64,000 nucleotides of DNA from Octopus bimaculoides (GCF_001194135.2 NC_068999.1:53771254-53835253), one strand, 5' to 3'. Positions 27,797-41,364 are shown, counted from the stretch's first letter. Notes: generated from the letters alone by a model not told the origin. Numbers and translations are program-made.

Positions 27797-28077
27797 TTTT
27801 CAGTTCTATATTTAAGAGATGAGGAATTATGTACATTATTTACGTTATTTACATTCGACAAATATTTGTCCCCATCTTGTTTGTTGTTAACACAACCTTT
27901 CGGCTGATGATATACTCTCCAGCCTTCTTCAGGTGTCTTGGGGAAATTTCAAACCTGGGTTCTCATTCCTAAGGTATTTTTTGATGTTATTATTATTATT
28001 ATCAGGTCACTGCTTGGAATCGAACTCAGAATCTTGGGGTTAGTAGCTCGTGCTCTTAACCACTACACCATATGCCC
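27797..28077 (-). mobile_element. tRNA-headed SINE-like element with a Penelope-type hammerhead motif in its body
   Basis: minus strand head GGGCATATGGTGTAGTGGTTAAGAGC...GAGTTCGATTCC (A and B boxes, 28077-28005), (ATA)n spacer, then CTGAAGA-A-GGCTG...CAGCC-GAAA motif. Confidence 0.6.
27889..27937 (-). ncRNA. Minimal type I hammerhead ribozyme motif (one mismatch in stem III)
   Basis: GACAC / CUGAAGA / A / GGCUG-13nt-CAGCC / GAAA / G GU U / GUGUU: stem I 5 bp, stem II 5 bp, intact core. Confidence 0.55.
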
Positions 28078-28394
28078 GTCATCATCATCATCATACACAC
28101 ACATATACAAATACATATATGTGTATGTATAAAATATATACATACAAACACACACACATACACAAACTAACACACACACATATCTCACGCAGGACAAATA
28201 CAAGACAGGTACACAGATATTAAGCGAGGAATGGAAGATATAACATCTCGTGTTGTCATTCAGATTATCTACAATGGTCCCCCATTAAGTCTTTGACCAT
28301 TTTTTGTCTGTTATCAAAATATTATCTTCATTTACATTTTTAAATCGTTTATTTATATATTTATTTTTTCAACTAAGAACTATCTTGCTTCCCT

Positions 28395-28760
28395 TCACCC
28401 CACCACCACCACCATCGCTGCCACCACCACCACCACCACCACTACCATGAACACTACTGCCATCACTGCCACCATCATCACCATAATCGTCACTACTACC
28501 ACCACTGTCCCTACCACCAATCACCACTACTGCCATCACAACCTCTACCACCACCACCACCACCATCTGCTACTACAACCACCATTGCCTCTGCTGCTAC
28601 CACCTCTACCAACACCAATATCATTACCAGTGTCACCACTACTATCAACATCGCCATCACCACCACAACGATATTGACTAAAACCACCACCACCACCACC
28701 ACCACCACCACCACCATCACCACCACCATCACCACCAGCACTACTACCACCACCACTGCT
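28395..28760. repeat. Degenerate (CAC/ACC)n trinucleotide tract
   Basis: direct inspection; similar tracts 7460-7830, 14600-15310, 31660-32060, 34170-34460. Confidence 0.9.
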
Positions 28761-29683
28761 AGCGTTCACACAATTACATTATCCTTCTGATGTATTTGTT
28801 TAACTCCAAAAAGTCTGAAAACCTAACTCCATTAGCAACAGCCCAGCTCCATTAGCAACCTCTAATTCCAAGACTCAAGTTTTCTTGTGAAAAATCAAAG
28901 AAATATGAATAAGGAAAATAATCTTCACAGTTTTAACCAAAAATAGAAAAAACATGATACAAAAATATCATACAAAAAATGCAAAAATATAATACAAAAA
29001 GCTGCAAAAATATAATACAAAGAAAATAATAACAAATAACAAGATAAATAAATAAACAAATAAATTTAAGATAACTAAATTTAATTTTTTTATTTCCTTT
29101 CATTTTTGGATCTATTTTGTATTTTTTTTTGGGGGGGGGGAGAATATTTTATCAATTTTTGTTGTTGTTTTGCATTTTGGTTTTCAAGTTTCAGTCCATA
29201 TTTAAGTGGAACAAGGAAACATTTGAGACATTTGGAAAACAGATAAAAGCCAAAATGGTATGGGAAGTTAAAGACTCCAGTTTTGTTGAGTGATAGACAT
29301 TAATCTAGGTACAAAGTAACTTCTGTGTGTCATGTTGTGTATCTACAAGTGGTGGTGGTGGTGGGAGAGTGTAAATGTAAAGGGAAAATGTTATATCTAC
29401 GTTACTGTCAATATAGCCATGTGGTTAAGAAGCTTGATTTGCAACCACGTGATTTCAGGTTCAAGCCCCACTGTGTGGCACATTGGGCAAGTGTGGTGTT
29501 GACTTTGTTTATGTCCCCATAACTTAGCAGTTCAGCAAAACAGACCGATAGAATAAGTACCAGACATTAAAATTTGTACTGGGATCGACTTGTTTGACTA
29601 AACCTTTGAGGGCAGTGCTCCAGCATGGCAATAGTAAAATGAGTAATACAAGTGAAGGTAAGAAGGTAAAAGTGATACATATA

Positions 29684-29718
<35 letters not shown>

Positions 29719-29726
29719 GTAATATT

Positions 29727-30675
29727 AACAAGAGCACTCAGAGAGCACAAACCTCCACTAAGGCAACACTAACGTCCTCTCAATGATTAGCCAGAGATTA
29801 TTTTTAAAATGAGAATGTCTGAAATAAACTCGACTGCTCTCACAAGCGAGAATACTAAAAATGAACCCGACCACTCTCAAAAATTAAGTGAAAAAAAAAC
29901 AGAAAAATAATCCAGAATTCTTGTCCGGTACCTGATCAATCCCAATGGTAGTCATGGAACGTGAAGGTGGCTTTAGATAATTTAGTAACAGTAATGAATA
30001 GTTTATCCTTATCTCATACAAGCCAAACTTAACAAATTCACCATTCAAAATAGTTTCGAAGGCAGAGGTAATAATAATAAGCTCTACTCAGGAATTTTTA
30101 AATGAATAGCATGAGACCTTTTGGTTTTCTCTTCTCTTAAATTCCAGCCTTCCTTTAGTATTCCTGCTGTTTTAGAGATTGATGTATAGATGTATGTATA
30201 TATGCAAGTATACTGTAAAGTGTTAATATGTATGTACAATATATAATATATAAATTGTAAAAATATGTTAGTGTTATTTAATTTCTGAATGGTTTTGCTG
30301 CCATTTGTTTATGTAGTTTGATTTCTTTTTCCATCAGTTTCTACTAAGATAGAAACATGAGTAAAATTAATAATAGAGAAATGAAAACAAAATGTTGGAA
30401 ACAGCCTAAAGGGAGATAATTGAGAAAGACTTGAAAGTCAACGTAAGATCGTATCGTGTAAAGTAAAGTAAATATAATAAATAATCCAGAATCCCTGTCC
30501 AGAATTGGATCAATCTCAAAATCTAATCAGTGTGTGCCAGTCATGAGGCTAAACATCTTGAAAGTTTTATTCAAATCCATCTTGTGGTTCTTGAGATATC
30601 TTGTCTACGGTCAAACAAACTGACAAACACGACTGAAAACAATACCTCTGTCTTCGCTAAGGGGGAGGTAATAAG
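29727..30675. mobile_element. Possible Helentron-associated (HINE/DINE-1-like) non-autonomous element
   Basis: 5' aacaagagcactcagagagcacaaacctccactaaggc and 3' cttcgctaagggggaggtaat look like subterminal inverted repeats; internal aatccagaat repeats and a (CAAA)n-like tract; family call from recalled architecture. Confidence 0.4.
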
Positions 30676-30954
30676 TTTATTCACAAGAAAGAAAAGAACT
30701 GTACTTCAGTTTATTTACACACAGGTACAAAATGTTTTCAAATTTTCCAAGGACATGTTTGTTTACTACTTCTGAGAGTATATATATCTTTGGTTCCTTC
30801 CTAAATCAATAGTATAGAATATTGTATAAAACTGTTGTATAAAGCAATCATAAATTAGACTGTCTCCATAGTGGATAACTTAATTTGCATATTTGTACTT
30901 TTGGTGGCCTGTCCTTAATTAAAATATATTCTGTTTATGCTGAACACAGTAGAT

Positions 30955-31097
30955 GTCGGCATGGCTGCATTGTTAAGATGTTTACTCTGCAACCATGTGG
31001 TTTTAGATTCAGTCCTACTGTGTGACACCTTAAGCAAGTGTTTTACATTATAGTCCCTGGCCAACCAATGCCTTATGAGTGAATTTGGAAGATGGAA

Positions 31098-31134
<37 letters not shown>

Positions 31135-31342
31135 CTGTGTTTACCTTCTCCACCACTTGACAACTGATGTTGGTTTGTTTATGTTCCTGTAACTAGGCAG
31201 TTCAGCAAAAGAGACTAATAGAATAACTACCAGATTAAAAGCAAATAAGTACTGGAATTGATTTGTTTGACTGAAACCCTCCAAAGCGGTGCCCCAGCAT
31301 GGCCACAATCCAATGCCTGACACAAGTAAAAGATAAAAGAAA
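30955..31342 (+). mobile_element. CORE-like tRNA-derived SINE with internal (TG)n
   Basis: head, accttaagcaagtg (CORE-like CCTTGGGCAAG motif), gccttatgagtgaatttgg, 3' cccagcatggccaca..caagtaaaagataaaaga; related copies 17668-18030+, 29410-29660+, 33045-33180-, 45895-46010-, 48830-48940-, 54095-54240-. Confidence 0.75.
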
Positions 31343-32250
31343 AATAAATCTGAAGAATGAGATTTAAATATTGCAATACAGAGTGGTTAGTAAAATAAGA
31401 ATCCAAACACATTCTTCCTATCATAGATTATTCCTATGATCAAAGGCATTCTAGCCATGACCATCTCATCCTATCCTTTTTTTTTGTTTGTTTTCATACA
31501 TGGTATTATCTAAGACTACATTATCTGATATGTCCCATTATTTTTTTAGATGGCAGTCTGTGAATCAGGGGTGATTTGGTTATAATTTCTAGCAAACTTG
31601 AGTGACAATATATAAACTCTTATAGATAGATTGCATTGCTGTTGGTATTGATGTATCTGTCACCATCATCATCATCACCACCACCGCCACCTTCACCATT
31701 GTCATTGTCATCATCATCATCAGCAGCAGCAGCTGCTGCAGCGTCGTCACCGCCACGACCACCACCACCATTATCGTCACCAAATTAGTGAACCAGTGGC
31801 GACCTTATTAATATAATGATTTACAGAAAAGGTTAACACTTTGATATTGGTAAGTTGTCATAGAAATATTGTTGTTGCTGTTGTTGTCGTAGTTATAGTG
31901 GTGATGGGAGACGTTGAAGGTAATGATGATGTGGTGTGGTGGTGGTGGTGGTGGCGGTGGTGGTTGCGGCAGTCAAGTATGTGGTGGTCAAGGTTACGGT
32001 GTGGCATGGCTACAATGTTGATGATGTGGTGCGGATGTTGTGTGATGCAGAGTAGATGATACAGTATTGTTGTTTAGGTGGTATGATGCGGTATTGCTGA
32101 TGTGTTGCTGGTATAGTATAGAACAGTATGAAGTGGTGTGATTGATCTGGTGAAGTATAGCATGATATCATGCGATGTGGTATATTGTTGTTTAGTCGAG
32201 TGGGTCAGGTATGTAGTCAGACACATGGAGGCATTATTTAGTGTAATACA

Positions 32251-32430
32251 AGGCAGTGAGCTGGCAGAACCGTTAGCATGTTGGACGAAATGCTCAGCGG
32301 TATTTCGCCTGTGACTATGTTCTGAGTTCAGATTCTGCCGAGGTCGACTTTACCTTTCATCCTTTCAGGGTCGATAAATTAAGTACCAGTTGAGTACTTG
32401 GGGCAATGTAATTGACTATCCCCCTCTCCC
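32251..32430 (+). mobile_element. tRNA-derived SINE with CCTTTCATCCTTTCRGGGTCGATAAA..AGTACCAG central domain (Nin/Deu-like, from memory)
   Basis: aggcagtgagctggcagaa head and gttctgagttca box B-like motif; other copies at about 1612-1815-, 8735-8935-, 33950-34050-, 34850-35040-, 45285-45505-, 51195-51390+, 56975-57160+, 57880-58100+, 59280-59420-. Confidence 0.8.
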
Positions 32431-33550
32431 AAGGGAGTATGGTGTTGTGTGCAGTTGACATTATGTGGTGATATTCTGCAGTTGTTGTTGCTTTAATTGA
32501 ATAATTGGCATAAAATAAAATTAATTTTAAATAAGAACTGCAATTGGTTAAATCATTGTTCAATGCCATTCTTCAAAATATGTGGCCCTGTGGGTACATG
32601 AGAACTCTTTATTAGTAATTATTTTATTGGTCTTGGTAGAATCTGAACTGAATTACACTACATAAAGCATTTAATGGGACCATCTATCATTTAATGGGAC
32701 AGACGTCATCATGATGATGATCATCATTGCTTGACATCCAGTTCTCCATGTTTGCATGGATCAGATGGAATTTGCTGAGGCAGGCTTTTCTACGGCTGGA
32801 TGCCCTTCCTGTCACCAACCCTCATCAAGGTAATATTTCTCCCCATCATAGCCAGACATGCTTTTTATAGAAGACTGGAAATGAATAACATCATTTGTAT
32901 GACAGTGATGCCCATTTACAACACTCACATGATGTCAAGACAAGGCTATGCACATACACACACACACATTTATGCAGAGATACATGCATACACACACACA
33001 CACACACACACATGTGCATGGACATATGTATACAACATGCTTTTTCTCAGTTTCCTTTTATCAAATCCACTCACAAAGCTCAGAGCTACAGTAGAAGACA
33101 CTTGCCCAGAGTGCTATACAGTGGGACTGAACCCCAAACTAGATGATTAGGAAGCAAGCTTCTTAGCTACACAACCACACTGGTACTTATCATTTAATGT
33201 GACCAGATATTATTTAACACAACTATCTACCACTTAATATGACCATATATCATTCAATCTGGTCAACAATTATTTAATCCTTGAAAATTTCCATCCTTCA
33301 AAATTCACCAACAGTACACCTGGTGCCCCCCACCACCACCTTTTTTATTTTTCTGTTCTTATACAACTCACTTCTTGTGCATATTCTATGTACTATTCAT
33401 GCACTTTTGGTTACTTTTTCTGATGAGCTATAGTGCACCTGGGTACTGTATACAATAAGTTCGTTATTACTATATTATTAATGCGATTCTCTATCATTTA
33501 ATGTGAAAATATCATTCATTCAATGTGACCAGCTACTATTTAATGCGATC

Positions 33551-33631
33551 AGTTATTGTTTAATGTGGCCTCTTGTCAGTTATTGTTTAATGTGGCCTTC
33601 TGCCGGTTATTGTTTAATGTAGCCTTCTGTC
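33551..33631. repeat. 27-bp tandem repeat x3
   Basis: (a/g)gttattgtttaatgt(g/a)gcct..tg.c repeated with 27-nt period. Confidence 0.85.
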
Positions 33632-35789
33632 GGTGATTGCGATCAAATATCATTTTTGCCAATTCATTTCTCTCTGCACAAATGAAATATCAAAAACACA
33701 TTACAGCAATTAGGTTTTCTGTTATAGTACTGCTGGATAGAGGATTGACATTCTGGAGAGAACCAGGAGAACCAATCACCTATGTGACCATTCTCTCCAG
33801 CACCAGCTTCACTTGTTTCAAAACAACACAAAACAACTTTATTCTTCATCAATGGCAGCTATCTTATTGATTTCACTTTCATTACAGAACATTTGCATAA
33901 TTGATAATAACAATAAGTTTGTTGCTATTATTATTTTTAATATTTACAAATAATGAAGGGGGCAGAATTTGAACTCAGAATGTAATGGCAGATGAGATAC
34001 TGCTAAGCATTTTGCCCAGCGTACTAACGATTCTGCCAGCTTGCTGCCCTTACCATAATAATAATAATGACGGAGCTAATTAGTTTTGGTTCTTTCTGTA
34101 CAAAAAATAGAGAAGGAAAGAGTTGAGGGAGTTGGAACTAGGGCAAACTTTATCAGGAGCGTTACGGTTGATGGAGGCGGCGGCGGCGGCGGTGGTGGTG
34201 GTGGTGGTGGTGGTGGCGACGACAATGACGACAATGATGACGACAATGACTATAACAATGACGACAACCACGATGATGATGATGATGATAATGATGTAGA
34301 TTGCAACAATAACGATGATGTTAGAAATGATGGCAGTGGCAGTAGTTGTGCTAACAACCGTTGTTATGATGAGGATGCGATAACGACAACAAAATCCATC
34401 TGAGCACATCAACAACAATAAGAACAACAATAGTAACAATAAGTGTGACAACAATAACCATTTTTAGTTGTTCCAGAGTGAGAAAGAAAGTGAGGGGGTG
34501 GAGGAAGAGGTGGAGAGGGTATTATAACCATGGAAAGGTCAACAGTGTCAAGGAGATCAGTTTCCAGTCTGGTGAAATGAACGATAATTCCTTTTTATAT
34601 GAAACAGAGAAATTTCATTAGAAATCACTCAATAATTGCCAGCACTGCTTATATACACTGCTTATATACATGCAGATACATACATACATGGATTCATGGA
34701 TACGTGTGTGTGTGTGTGTGTGTGTGTGTGTACATATATGTAAGTGACTGGAATAAATATCTCATAAACATAACAGGCTCAATGACGAAGTATAATTCAA
34801 GTTAATAGGATAAAATAACAACAACAACTATAATAATTATTTTAAAAAATTTTTTCCACAAAGGCAGCGTGTGAGAGGTGGGGATGTGTCAATTACACCA
34901 ACCCCAGTGTTCAACTGGTACTTATTTTATCGACCTCGAAAGGATGGAAGGCAAAGTTGACTTCAGTGGAATTTGAACTTAGAATGTAAAGACAGATGAA
35001 ATGCTGTGAAGCACTTTTCCCAGTTTGCTAACAGTTCTGCCATGATGATGATGATGAATGATTTCTTTCAATGGCCACATGGGCCCAGGACATGGAGAAC
35101 AATATCAAAGGATACAACAAACAAAACACACACACAAAAAAAAAAACATGGGGTTTACATCAATCAAAGGGAGACACTACAACATTAAAGGATATAAAAA
35201 AAGGATATATAAATAGAAGTTAGAGAAATAAATAATTAATAAATAAATAAAAAGAGTCCTTAATAGCAGGGCATTCCACTTAGGGTAATTCAGAGTAAAT
35301 CCTATGCAAAATTCCCAGGTTACTTTGCCGTCCCCAAGGCAAGAGAAGTGCCCTCTTCCAATTTCTTTCCTCCTACTTAGAAAAGCATACTTAGTGTAGA
35401 TCCATTCTGTCTCATCAGTCTTTCCACTCTCATCCACTTTTTGATAAACACATGAGAAAACAGCACCTCTCTCTCTCTGCCCTCACCTTCCGCTTCTAAT
35501 TATATTTGAAGAAATTGATGAGATCTTAGCCAGATAGGAAAGTTCCTGTCTCCAAAGCTTTCAAACATGTCCACCACACAGCCTCTTTTGCCACAGCCAC
35601 TAAGTAGAGAAAGAGCTGCCTTTTTTCTCTGCTAAAGGAAGGTGGTACATCAATCTTCACTATACACTCAGTGGATAACATGGATCACCAGACTTTCCAC
35701 TCTCATCAACTTTTTGGTTAAAAACAATACTAGTAATAATTCCAGAGTAGTGGAGAAAATCTCAAAACACTATCTCAAAGCTTTTTCAG

Positions 35790-36280
35790 AGTCAAAGTAG
35801 ACTTTGCAGCTGACATTTGCCTGATATTCATTAATGTTGAAACCATGTCTAAGTTAACAGAAAAACTGTGAAAAATTAGATTGAGGGTTAATGTTGAAAA
35901 GACAGAAAACACAAAAAATTCAACGCATTCATCTCTGGCTCTATCATGGCTCGAAAATCACATAGAAGAATGGTGACTATAACTGGAGATACTGAGAATG
36001 TCGAAGCAAGAATTGGAATGTGAGTCAAGCCTTTAACATTTTAAGCTCATCTGAAAAGCTAAAGCTTTTTTCCAGATGTATTAAACTGAGAGTTTTCAAT
36101 GACATCCTGCTATATAGTTCTGTAAAATATGCTGTTCTCTTTAGGACAAATATCTTCAGAAACGTTCAAACATTCATTAACAGGTGACCCAGAAACATCC
36201 TAAACAGATATCCAGAAATGGTGAACAACTAAGACTGCTGCGCCAAAGACAAGTAGGAACCATTAGCCAACAAACAGCAA
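35790..36280 (+). mobile_element. Degenerate RTE-clade reverse transcriptase fragment
   Basis: remnants DFAADICLI (YADD motif), LRVNVEKT, LGSIM, LRVFN..LLY and TFINR..RNIL in order, with stops and frameshifts. Confidence 0.6.
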
Positions 36281-36828
36281 GATGCACATAGAGATAAGGA
36301 GGGTATACACTATATGGGTATGCAAACATCTTTATATCCATGTACCTATGTATATATATATATATATATATATATNNNNNNNNNNNNNNNNNNNNNNNNN
36401 NNNNNNNNNNNNNNNNNNNNNNNNNNNNNNNNNNNNNNNNNNNNNNNNNNNNNNNNNNNNNNNNNNNNNNNNNNNNNNNNNNNNNNNNNNNNNNNNNNNN
36501 NNNNNNNNNNNNNNNNNNNNNNNNNNNNNNNNNNNNNNNNNNNNNNNNNNNNNNNNNNNNNNNNNNNNNNNNNNNNNNNNNNNNNNNNNNNNNNNNNNNN
36601 NNNNNNNNNNNNNNNNNNNNNNNNNNNNNNNNNNNNNNNNNNNNNNNNNNNNNNNNNNNNNNNNNNNNNNNNNNNNNNNNNNNNNNNNNNNNNNNNNNNN
36701 NNNNNNNNNNNNNNNNNNNNNNNNNNNNNNNNNNNNNNNNNNNNNNNNNNNNNNNNNNNNNNNNNNNNNNNNNNNNNNNNNNNNNNNNNNNNNNNNNNNN
36801 NNNNNNNNNNNNNNNNNNNNNNNNNNNN

Positions 36829-37069
36829 GTGCGGGTGGCACATAAAAGACACCATTTCGAGCGTGGCCGTTTTCGTGCGGGTGACACGTAAAAGCACCCA
36901 CTACACTCTCTGAGTGGTTGGCGTTAGGAAGGGCATCCAGCTGTAGAAACTCTGCCAAATCAGACTGGAGCCTGGTGTTGCCATCCGGTTTCACCAGTCC
37001 TCAGTCAAATCGTCCAACCCATGCTAGCATGGAAAGCGGACGTTAAACGATGATGATGATGATGATGAT
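36829..37069 (+). mobile_element. SINE with (GAT)n tail, young copy
   Basis: ttggcgttaggaagggcatccagctgtagaaac...tccaacccatgctagcatggaaagcggacgttaaac(gat)n; related copies at about 11140-11291+, 32706-32830-, 37730-37960+, 45112-45267+, 45520-45700-, 47300-47512+, 50550-50700-, 59523-59680-, 62790-62990-. Confidence 0.85.
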
Positions 37070-38499
37070 AAAAAACGATAAATGTTGCCCTTTCAAAGCC
37101 TAGCCAGGTTCATAGGCCCGGTTTCCCGGTTTCTATGGCACATGTGTTCCCCCCAGCTGGACAGGACGCCACTCCATTGCAGCGTTACTCAAGAAACAGG
37201 AAGAAACAGTGCATAAAATGTGATCTGTAAAACGAAGCTTGAAGTTAGATTTCTTCTCAGAGGACAAGGAGCAAATATTTAAAAAAATAAAACAATAAAA
37301 CCTTGTTTGCCAAAAATGTTGGATTTGCATCCCCTAAGCAAATTTTGATCCCAGCCCAGTGTCCTTGACCCATCCTATTTCCTCCACCTTCATTCTTCCA
37401 AGCTGATTTTCATCATTAACCACAACTCTATTTGTGTTCGCCATTCACTGATTCCCTTTTATTCCCACCTCTATCCATCTGCCCTTCTCCTTTCACACTC
37501 TTATTATCCTACCTACCCATTCTCCCTGTCCAATCCTGTGGATTATTTCTCTAAAGTTCGTCTTTCTGTAACTCAAGAGTATGCCCTGACATCTCGGCAT
37601 CATCTTCTCTCCTCTTCCAACTGGAGTGGCTATGTACATCTCTACTGCAAAATACCTGTTTCTAGCCCCCTATCATACTTTAGTCACTCATCACGTGCTA
37701 TAAGGCCACCTCCCTCAATACTACACCCACTCAGCTGAGGGATCTTGTCTTGCGAGTTATTTGGTGACCCCACTTATGTTGGTGCCATGTAAGAAACACC
37801 CAGTTATCTGTGAAGTGGTTAGCACTAGGAAGGGTATCCAGCTGTAGAAGCCGTGCCAAAGCAGACATGGGAGATTAGCACAGTCCTCTGGCTTGTTGGT
37901 ACTTCTCAGCAATCCAACCCATGCCAGCATGGAAAATGGACGTTAAACGACGACGATGACCACACCCACAAAGCTGTTTATTCATCTATCTTACATTACA
38001 TTTTGGTGTATGGTTGTGTGATAGTCTGTATGTGTGGGATATGTGCTTACGTACGACCATACGTAATCGTATAATATAATTTGTCTTTGTATACATTTAC
38101 ATAACCATAGATATGCATGTGTACATGTTTATGTGTGTGTGTGTGTGTGTGTGTGTTCTTAAAAAGTCATTCATCTTCTCAAAGTTGAATATTGATATAT
38201 TCTATCGATCATTAAGGAAAATGAACCAACAAACTATGTTAACTTTCAGCTATGCTTCAGGAAGTCTATTTATGGTCTGAAACGATAAACTTCACGTCAA
38301 GGTGTGTGTTTCAGAAATTGAAATTTTAAAAAATAGGTCAAATACCGCTCTCTCTCTCTCTCTCTCTCTCTCTCAAAAGAAGAAACAAAATATATATATA
38401 TATATTAATTTACACAGCATAACTGAATATAAAAAAACAACTTATGTTTTATAATGACTTTGATATACACGTGCAATTATTTTATAATTGTGTTACGAT

Positions 38500-38653
38500 A
38501 ATTCTGTTATGACAGAGCAGACGAAAAAAATATTTGGTGTGGACATGAAAATGCTTACTTCCTCTGCTAAATGTTGTTGATAGCATCCGGGTTACTGGCG
38601 GAAACTAGGCAAGCAGACGACTTCCTGTTCCGCCATCGGGATGCGATTTATAA
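38500..38653 (+). promoter_or_regulatory. Candidate NALCN promoter / non-coding first exon
   Basis: start of a CpG-retaining zone; two ACTTCC (ETS-like) motifs, CCGCCAT (YY1-like), then a donor-like taa|gtacgt at 38654 followed by a long pyrimidine tract; inference only. Confidence 0.35.
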
Positions 38654-38881
38654 GTACGTTTGATTCATTTTTAAACAAATTTCTCTCGTCTTTCTTCACA
38701 ACCAAATATTCCTTTCATATGTTAACACAGCCACTTTACCTGCCCAGACAAGCCTGAGGACGTTCGTACCTTGATTTACAAGGTGAGACTGCCGACATTT
38801 TCTTTGCTCATATCTTATACAACCTTCTTTTTTCTTGTCCCACCTCACCTGTCCCTCCCTCTCTTTCTCTCTGTATATATA

Positions 38882-38919
<38 letters not shown>

Positions 38920-40923
38920 ATGCTACACACACGTTTCTCTTGTCTTTCTCCTTCCTTTTAATCTGTCAGCCTCCTTTCGTCTCTTGTCATTGTTTTATTC
39001 CCTCCTCTACCCCGTCTTCTTCCTCCCTTTCCACTCCATATCTCTGTTTCTCTCGTAATCTTTCTTTCCCTTCTCTTCTTACTTACTCCTTCTCTTCTCT
39101 TTCTCCATCTCTCTCCACCTCACTCCTTTCCTTACCTACACCTCTCCATCCTCTTTCCATCTACCTTCCTTCCTTCCTTTCTCTCATTCTCTCCGTATCT
39201 TTTTTAGTCTTTCTCTTCGCCATCTTCTCTCGTGTCCCCACCCCCTTTCTCCGTCCGCGCACCTCTCTCTCTCTATCTTTGTTCCTTCATCACTTCTCCC
39301 CTCCTCTCTCTCTCTCTCTATCCAAAAGTCTCAATCACAGCCTTTCCAATGGCCTGACTTGGTACCTGGTACAGCTTTTATTCTCTGTCTTTGTATTATT
39401 ATTATTAGGTAAGAATACTAAACTGTCGTCATTGATGGACTGGAGGATCTTCCAACTGTTGCTATTCCCCGTTCTAACTGTTGCTGTTTCTCTTTTGTTG
39501 TTGTTATTGTTATTTAACTCCGGGTCAGCCCTGGTGAAGCAGTTCTATGAACAAAGACATTCCCGCCCTGACCATCTCATCTTTTTGTGTAACTACATTG
39601 TCCAATGTGTCCTTTTTCTCTTCTAGACGATGAAGCGATTCGGGAAGATTTGGCTGTTATTTCTAGCAAATTGTGCCACCATATAGGGGCTCCTTCGTTG
39701 GTTGTTGTTACTGTCAGTCTTGTTCACAATCATCACTTTATTCCAACTTCTTTTTTATAATTTCATAGTTCTTTTCTCACCTTGTTGAGCCCCAGTTCAG
39801 CCCCGAATAAGCAGTAACCCTACGATCAGAGCCAATTCTACCGTTGACCATGTCTTTTCCTATGATTCGTATATCTAGAATTTTAACACGATAGCAGAGT
39901 GAGTTGGGGAGGGTTCTGCTATTATTTCTAGCAGATCACTATTATTATTGTTCCTATTTACCTTGTCTAAACCCTTCCCCATCCTAACTCCGTTGTCACT
40001 TTCCACCGTCTTAATTACTGAATTCCAGGTAAACTCTGATCAAACAGGCTTATGATCAAAGACTTTCCAACTATGACCATCCCATATTTTATTGAGTCAA
40101 ACATAGTATATCGCAGAACTATATCGTCTAATTCCTTCTTTCCATTTCTAAAGACATTAAAGTGATTTGAAAGAGATTTTGGCTGCTGTTTCTCGCTGAT
40201 CGACCGACTACGTAGAAACTCCATCGAACACGAAGAGACGTTTCCTCTTGGTATAATATTACAGTTTCTTAAAACCCTCCTTCTTCTTCCTCACCCGCAA
40301 AAACTTCACCTTCAAAACCAATTCCACGTTCGTTCCTACTGTTTGTCTCTTTTACTCTCTTTTACGACCGCAGTAGTCTCTTGTAAACAGATTTATCCAA
40401 ACATCACCTTTAATACTATTTATAACGACCTGAGGAGGCGAGGGTGCACTAGATTCCCCCAAATAACGACCCTACCACCTTAAGTAAGAAAGGTCACATT
40501 GGATTGTATAGTCCTACATATTTGTAAAAAGACGGAATGGTAACGACTAGAATGCCTTTGATCAGAGGTCTGGTCAATCAGGATTTACCTGGGGCTAAAC
40601 AAGATCAACACGACTTGTGTACCTGTATGTGTGAATTTGTATATAGATCTCTTGATAAGTGTATATACATACAAATATACGTACACCGAACACGCACGCA
40701 CATTAGTGTGTAGGGAAAGAGAAGGGTGGAGGGGCAGTGGTTGTCTTTATTTATTTCATTATTGTTCCTATGTTTCTCATTTTATCTCTTACATCAGAAG
40801 TAATTTCTTTCTTTCGTTGTTGGTTCAATATCTCAGGTTTGTAGGAAGGAGGTAGGGAATTGAGATTCTGTGACATTCATTCTGTTAGCCGTATAAAATG
40901 GCTCCAACCGAGAATAATAATAA

Positions 40924-41091
40924 TGGTTTCAAATTATGGCACAATGCCAGCAATTACGGGGGAAGGAGTAAGTCGATTACATCGACTCCAGTGCTCAACT
41001 GGTACTTATCTTATCGACCCCGAAAGGATGAAAGGTAAAGTCGACCTCGGCGGAATTTGAGCTCAGAACGTAAAGACGGACGAAATGCCGC

Positions 41092-41093
<2 letters not shown>
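40924..41093 (-). mobile_element. Same Nin/Deu-like SINE family, copy with CpGs largely intact
   Basis: tcgaccccgaaaggatgaaaggtaaagtcgacctcggcggaatttgagctcagaacg. Confidence 0.85.
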
Positions 41094-41132
<39 letters not shown>

Positions 41133-41321
41133 TTTATAATTTTGACACAATAATAGTTTAGGCACAAAACCAACAATTTTGAAGTGTGGGGTTAGTCGAT
41201 GCTATCGACCCAGTCTTTGACTACTACTTTATTTTATCGATCCGAAAGGACACAGTTGACATCGGCAAGATTTGAAAGCACCAAAGTCAACTTCGCCTTT
41301 CATCCTTTCGGGGGTCGATAA

Positions 41322-41364
<43 letters not shown>

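Noticed and set aside
28005-28077. Possible tRNA gene on the minus strand
   Set aside because: Acceptor and anticodon stems do not pair and no T-run terminator; treated as a SINE head
28369-28769. Gly/Val/Thr/His-rich ORFs here and at 31589-32059 and 34080-34454
   Set aside because: Products of trinucleotide tracts read in several frames on both strands
38250-38295. cttcaggaagtc...ctgaaacgat and a minus-strand CTGCAGA...GAAA near 3285-3325 as further hammerheads
   Set aside because: Core and stems need several changes each; not supportable
38835-39626. 263-aa Ser/Leu/Phe-rich ORF
   Set aside because: Translation of a polypyrimidine low-complexity tract with a TTG start; no domain features
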